Below, in pieces: positions 37,491-42,663 of a stretch of 42,663 bases of DNA. A program made the position numbers and the translations under genes. A model generated the notes under the pieces. The model saw only the letters and a list, made by a program, of their open reading frames with translations. It was not told the origin of the DNA and made no database searches. The DNA comes from Cirrosporium novae-zelandiae (taxonomy: Eukaryota). The stretch spans positions 62,001 through 104,663 of the forward strand of contig JAPETS010000064.1 in the NCBI GenBank assembly GCA_026023565.1. Direction: 5' to 3'. Within the stretch, counting starts at the first letter, position 1; every line of letters begins with the position of its first letter.

Positions 37491-38479
37491 ATTTTTTTTA
37501 ATATTTTATTTTTTTTTTTTTATTATATAATTTTTTTTTTATACGATTATTTTTAATCATTATTTTTAATTTTTTAATATTAATTTTTCGTTCCGTTAAA
37601 TATAATTTTTTTTTTTTTTAAATTTAATAATATTATAATATATATAAACTCCGTTTTTTATCCGATATCGTTCCGTATCCGACGAAATTATTATTTTTTT
37701 ATTTTTTTTTTTTTTTTAATAGAAATTTTTTTTATTATTATTTTATTTCGTTTTTTTATTATTTTTATTATTTATTTATTACGTTAATATTATTATATTT
37801 ATTTTTATTAATTATCCCGTTTTTCTAAAATTATTATTTTCGTTTTTTATTCGAATTAACGTTTTTTTTTTTAAATATAAATAATCGTTATTTTTTTTCT
37901 ATTTTTTTTTTTTTTTTTTTATTTATTATTTTTTTAGATTTTTTTTATTTTAGTATTTCGTTTGAACCGTTTATTTGCGTAAATCGATACTATCGTTTCC
38001 GCCTATTCTAATAATACTGGTGCCGTTTTTCGTAAAAAATTTTTGGTTTCGGCCCGTCGTTTCTACCGTCGGGTTATAGTAATCCGTCGGTTAAAACGTA
38101 CTGCGCTATCTGATTCCCGCGCCCGTACCAATTAATTGTTGTCTAAAATCAATTAATTTATTCGATAATTAAATTAGGTATTTGCGGCTGCTGTACGTAT
38201 TTTTTTTTATTTCCGTATATATTTTCCCGATTAATTTTAATTAATATAACGTAAATATCGATAATAATAAAAAAAAAAATAATAACGATAATATAAATTA
38301 TTTTTTTTATAATTTTTTTTTTGACGACGTTTCTACGGGTATTAATATTAGTACTGTTGCTAATACTAATATTATTTCGGTTTTTAAAAATAATAAAAAT
38401 TCTAGCGTTATTAAAAATACGGTTAGTATTTAGATTTTTATATAATTATTAATATTCGAACGTTCTTTATTACGGATTA

Positions 38480-38535
38480 CGTACGTTTAAAACGCGTTTT
38501 TTTTTTCGATAAATATCTGTAGTTTTTAAAATTAA

Positions 38536-38610
<75 letters not shown>

Positions 38611-39843
38611 TATTTGTTTTTTTTTTTTTTTTTTTTATATTCCAGTATTTTTTTTATTATATATTCTGGTGTTTTTATTAATAATATTAGTTCCGGAAAT
38701 TTATAATCTGGATTTTTTTTATAAAACTCTAATAATAATATATAGAATATCGGATATAATTTCTAGTATTACTGAAATAATCGTAACTAATACGCGTTTT
38801 ATCCGTATATAATTTCTACGGTAAACGGTTCTAAATATTTTACGTCCAATTTTTTATTTATCCGTTTCGTTTTTATATTTTTTATTATTAGTAATATTTA
38901 ATTTTTTATTTTATATTATTTCGATTTATAATAGCGATTGTAATAAATTTTTTATTTTAAAACCGATTTTTTTTATATTTTTTATATTTTTTTTCGTGTT
39001 TTTTTTATATTTTTTATACGTATTTTCTCCGTTAGATTTTCGTTTTTTTCTATTTTTTTTACGTTTATTTTTAATTTTGGTTTAAACGTATATATTATTT
39101 CGAATAACGTTTTTTTCGTTTTTTAATATTTCGTATTATTATATATATATTTTACGTTTATTAATAATATTATTTAATTATTTTAATTATAATTATAATA
39201 TATTTTTAAATATTTTTTTAATATTTAATTCTATTTTTTAATTTGATTATCCGTTTATAAATAATAAACGATATTTAATTTTTTTTATATTATTAAATAA
39301 TAATAAAATAATTTTTAATAAATATTAATAAATAATAATTTTTTATCCGATATTATATTTTTAAATATTTTAAATTTTATTCCGATTGTTTTTTATATTA
39401 ATTCCGTTAAATTTTTTATTTTTATTTTTTTCGTATATAATATATATATAATTAATTTAGAATATTTATTTATTATTATTAAAATTACGTTATATATATT
39501 ATTATTTTATTTATTTAACGATAAATCGATAATAAAATTTATTATTATTATTTTTATTAAATTTTAAAAATATTATAATAATATTAAAATTCTATAAAAT
39601 CGATAATAACGCGTTTTCGATCGTTAATATATATCGTATTATTTTACGTATTTTTTAATATTTTCGTTTATTTTTAATTATTAATATTTTTTATTTATTA
39701 TTTTTTTCGTTTTTTCGTTCCCGAAATATTTTTTCGATTATAGAAAATTATAATTTATTTTTATTATTTTTTTTTTTAATACGGTATCGTTTAATACGTA
39801 TACCGTTCTATTTTTTCGTAATAAATCCGTATTGTTTTCGTTC

Positions 39844-39901
<58 letters not shown>

Positions 39902-42300
39902 TATATTTTGTATCAAAAATTTAGTTTTTATATTTTCCGTAATAAATTTATTAATATTTTTAATATTTTTTTTTTTAATTTATTTTTTATTATTATTATT
40001 TTATATATTTTTCGTAATAATAAATAATTATATACGTATTATACATTTTCCGTAATATATCCCAAAAAATTATTTATTTTATTATTTTTTTCTGTCGTTT
40101 TTAAAATTTTTTTTAATATTAAAAAAGTTTTTCCGGTAAATAATCCGTATTTTATACGGTTCAACGCCGCTATCGTAATTATTGATTGACCGAATATTTT
40201 AATTTTTTTTTTTTATATTATCTGAGTTTATTTTATAATATAAATAATAATCTATTTTTCGTTTTTTTATTTTTATTTTTTATTATATAATTTGGTTTTT
40301 TTAATAATATATTTATTGGGTTGGTTTTTCCCGTTCTATATATTATTTCAAAATCGTATTCCGCCAGTTTTTCTGTTCAGCGTATTTACCGTCTATTCAG
40401 CGCCGTTATTTTTATAAATAATTATAAATTCCTATAATCCGTTAATATTTATATTATATATTTATTTTTTTATAAATAATAATTTTATTTTTTGAATTTT
40501 TCTATAATCGCGAGTAATTCAAAATCGTATATTATATATTTTTATTTTAATTTTATTAGTTTTTTTGATTAGAACGTAATTGGATATTATATTCCGTTCT
40601 ATAATTATTCCGTATATTCGTCGTTTGATTGCGATAAAATTCCCGTAATCCCGTTTTATAATATATCCGTTTCTATTTTTATTATTTTCGTTAAATTAAA
40701 ATAATATAATATAAATATTATCGTAAATATTTTTTTAAATATTTTAAATACCGTTTACGCGATTTCGGGTTATATAAATTTTTTTATTTTTTTATCGTTT
40801 TTTATTTTTTTTAATAAATCTATAATAAGATTTATTATTTTTAAATAATTTTTTATAAATTTTTTATAAAAATTAGCGAATCTAATAAAAATTTAAATAT
40901 CGTAATAATTTTTTGATTTCGATTATTCTAGAATTATTTTTATTTTTTTTTTTTTTATACGGATTTTTTGCGTTCCGATCACGAAATCTAGGAACGTTAT
41001 TTCTAGTTTATTAAATATATATTTTAGTAATTTTATATATAATTTATATTTACGTAATCGTTCTAGTACTATCCGTACGTATACCGTATATTCCGCGATA
41101 TTGAATAAATAAATCAAAATATCGTCAAAATATATTATATAAATTATATTTAAAAAATCGGATAATATTTTATTAATATATATTTAGAATATAATTAAAA
41201 CGTTTATTAATTCGAATAATATTATCGTATATTCGAAATATTTATATCGGGTGCGGAAAATAATTTTTTATTCGTTTTTTTTTTTATTCGGATTCGATAA
41301 TAAATATTTTTTAAATTAAATTTTATAAAAATTTTCGTCCGTTCTAATTTATTTAATATTTTTTTAATTAATAATAATAAATATTTATTTTTAATTATAA
41401 TCCGATTAAATCTTTTATAATTTACGTATAAACGTAACGTTCCGTCTGATTTTAATACGAATAAAATAAATATTTTATATAAATTTTTCGAATATTCGAT
41501 CCGTTTTTTTTTTAGATTTTCGTTTAAATATTTTTTTAATATTCGTAATTGTTTTTCGTTTAATAAATAAATTAATAAATACGGTAATATTTAACCGGAT
41601 TTTAGATCGATAACGTACGTTATTTTAATTATATTCGATAAATATATAATTTTTTTTTTTAAAAATACGTTTTTATAATTTTAATATTTTTTTAATATTA
41701 TTATTTTATTTTTCTATTCCGTTTCCGATACGATATTAATATAATATTATTATTTTTTTATTTATATTTATAGAATTATTTATATTAAAAATATTAATTA
41801 TTTTTATTTTATTATTTTTTTTACGAATTTTTTAAATAATATAATTTTGATTTTTATATATTTTTCGCTGGTATTCCGATATATTTTTTTTTTTTTTTTT
41901 TAATTTATTTTTGGATTTATTTTTTTTAATTAATTTATTTCTAATATTATTAGTTTTTTTATATTTTCTATATTTATATTGATTATTTTTTGGATATATT
42001 ATCGGATCGTACATATTAAATTTATTATATATAATCGTAATATATATTTTTCGTAGATAATTATTTTTTTTTTATTTATTTTTATTAATTCCGTTAATAA
42101 TTCTTCGTTTTCTTTTATTTTTTATTATTTGACGAACCGTTATAATATATAGTTTTTTTCTGTTTCTAAATTAATTAATATTTTCGTTTTTTTTTTTTTT
42201 AATAATATTTATATCTTTATTTCAATTGTTATTTTTCTGTCCGTAAACGCTTCGGCGGTTATAAAAACCTTATCCTCCGAGATTATTTGATAGGCCCGTT
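38480..42300 (-). pseudogene. pol: Gypsy pol relic (PR-RT-RH-IN-chromodomain)
   Basis: RT motifs are FRTRY(GH)FEY at about 41230-41258 and Y(L)DDILIY at about 41110-41132. RNase H motifs are ETD(A) at about 40670, YD.ELLAI at about 40505-40530 and LNRR(QA)R(W) at about 40380. The integrase motif (FHPQ)TD(G)Q lies at about 39250, and PEY(.VE)KIL at about 38645-38670. Confidence 0.9.
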
Positions 42301-42663
42301 GGGTTTTTTTAGATCGTCTATTTTTTTTCCTGTATTTTTTTTTGGTGCCCAATATTATTTTAATAAATATCCCGGTTTTTTATAATTTTAATAAATAAAT
42401 ATATTTTTTTTAATTTTCGGTTTTATAAAAGTTTTTTTTATAATTATTATCGTCGTTATTTATTTTTTTTATTATTTTTCGTTATTTTATTTTGTTATTA
42501 TTTCGTTATTTTTTTTTTTTATTTTAACGATTATTTATATTTTTTTTTTTTTTAATTTATTTTATATTTTTATTATTATTTTTATTATATTTTTTTTTTT
42601 TTTTGGTATTAATTTATTTATTATTATAATTTTTTTTAATTAAATTCGTTTTTTTTTTTTATC

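Larger units (their letters stand above)
1..42663. other. RIP-degraded AT-rich repeat block (heterochromatic AT isochore or centromere-like region) of an ascomycete genome
   Basis: Copies of the same element differ almost only by C>T/G>A changes, e.g. GACCACGCCCTT at 33981 versus AATTACGTTTTT at about 23934. TpA is abundant and CpA/TpG depleted, and no long ORFs exist. Confidence 0.95.
37261..42663 (-). mobile_element. RIP-inactivated Ty3/gypsy LTR retrotransposon (chromovirus-like); 5' part beyond the window
   Basis: The minus-strand order is gag CCHC (about 42360-42390), protease end L(GMDW)L..NP.I(DW) (about 41900-41945), RT, RNase H, integrase, a chromodomain-like region, then a putative LTR. 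Confidence 0.92.

Noticed and set aside
1..42663. Organellar, Plasmodium-like or endosymbiont AT-rich genome with an alternative genetic code
   Set aside because: Stops map to Trp/Gln codons in a transition-only pattern between repeat copies, and all recognisable content is nuclear fungal-type retroelements.

Overview
This is a gene-free, extremely AT-rich eukaryotic region, almost certainly from a filamentous ascomycete. It is built almost entirely from nested retrotransposon relics degraded by repeat-induced point mutation (RIP: C>T/G>A transitions, with CpG spared longest). The dominant component is one Tad1-clade LINE family, present as about 15 copies or fragments on both strands. It has a 5' end CTTTTTGGTGACCCC, an ORF1 with three CCHC knuckles, an ORF2 of APE-RT(FVDD)-RNase H-CCHC, and a (CAT)n tail. 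One copy is full length (21168-27827) with a TSD, and the copies repeatedly insert into each other. The window also holds a Ty3/gypsy chromovirus-like LTR element on the minus strand (37261 to the end), an older gypsy integrase relic (about 4130-4800), a probable copia relic, an un-RIPed 253-bp solo LTR with a 5-bp TSD, an apparently ORF1-only derivative of a second LINE family (about 12030-13920), fold-back inverted duplications and short tandem duplications. I see no intact protein gene, RNA gene or CRISPR array. All motif calls come from manually translating and mentally reversing RIP changes, not from database searches, and many boundaries are approximate.
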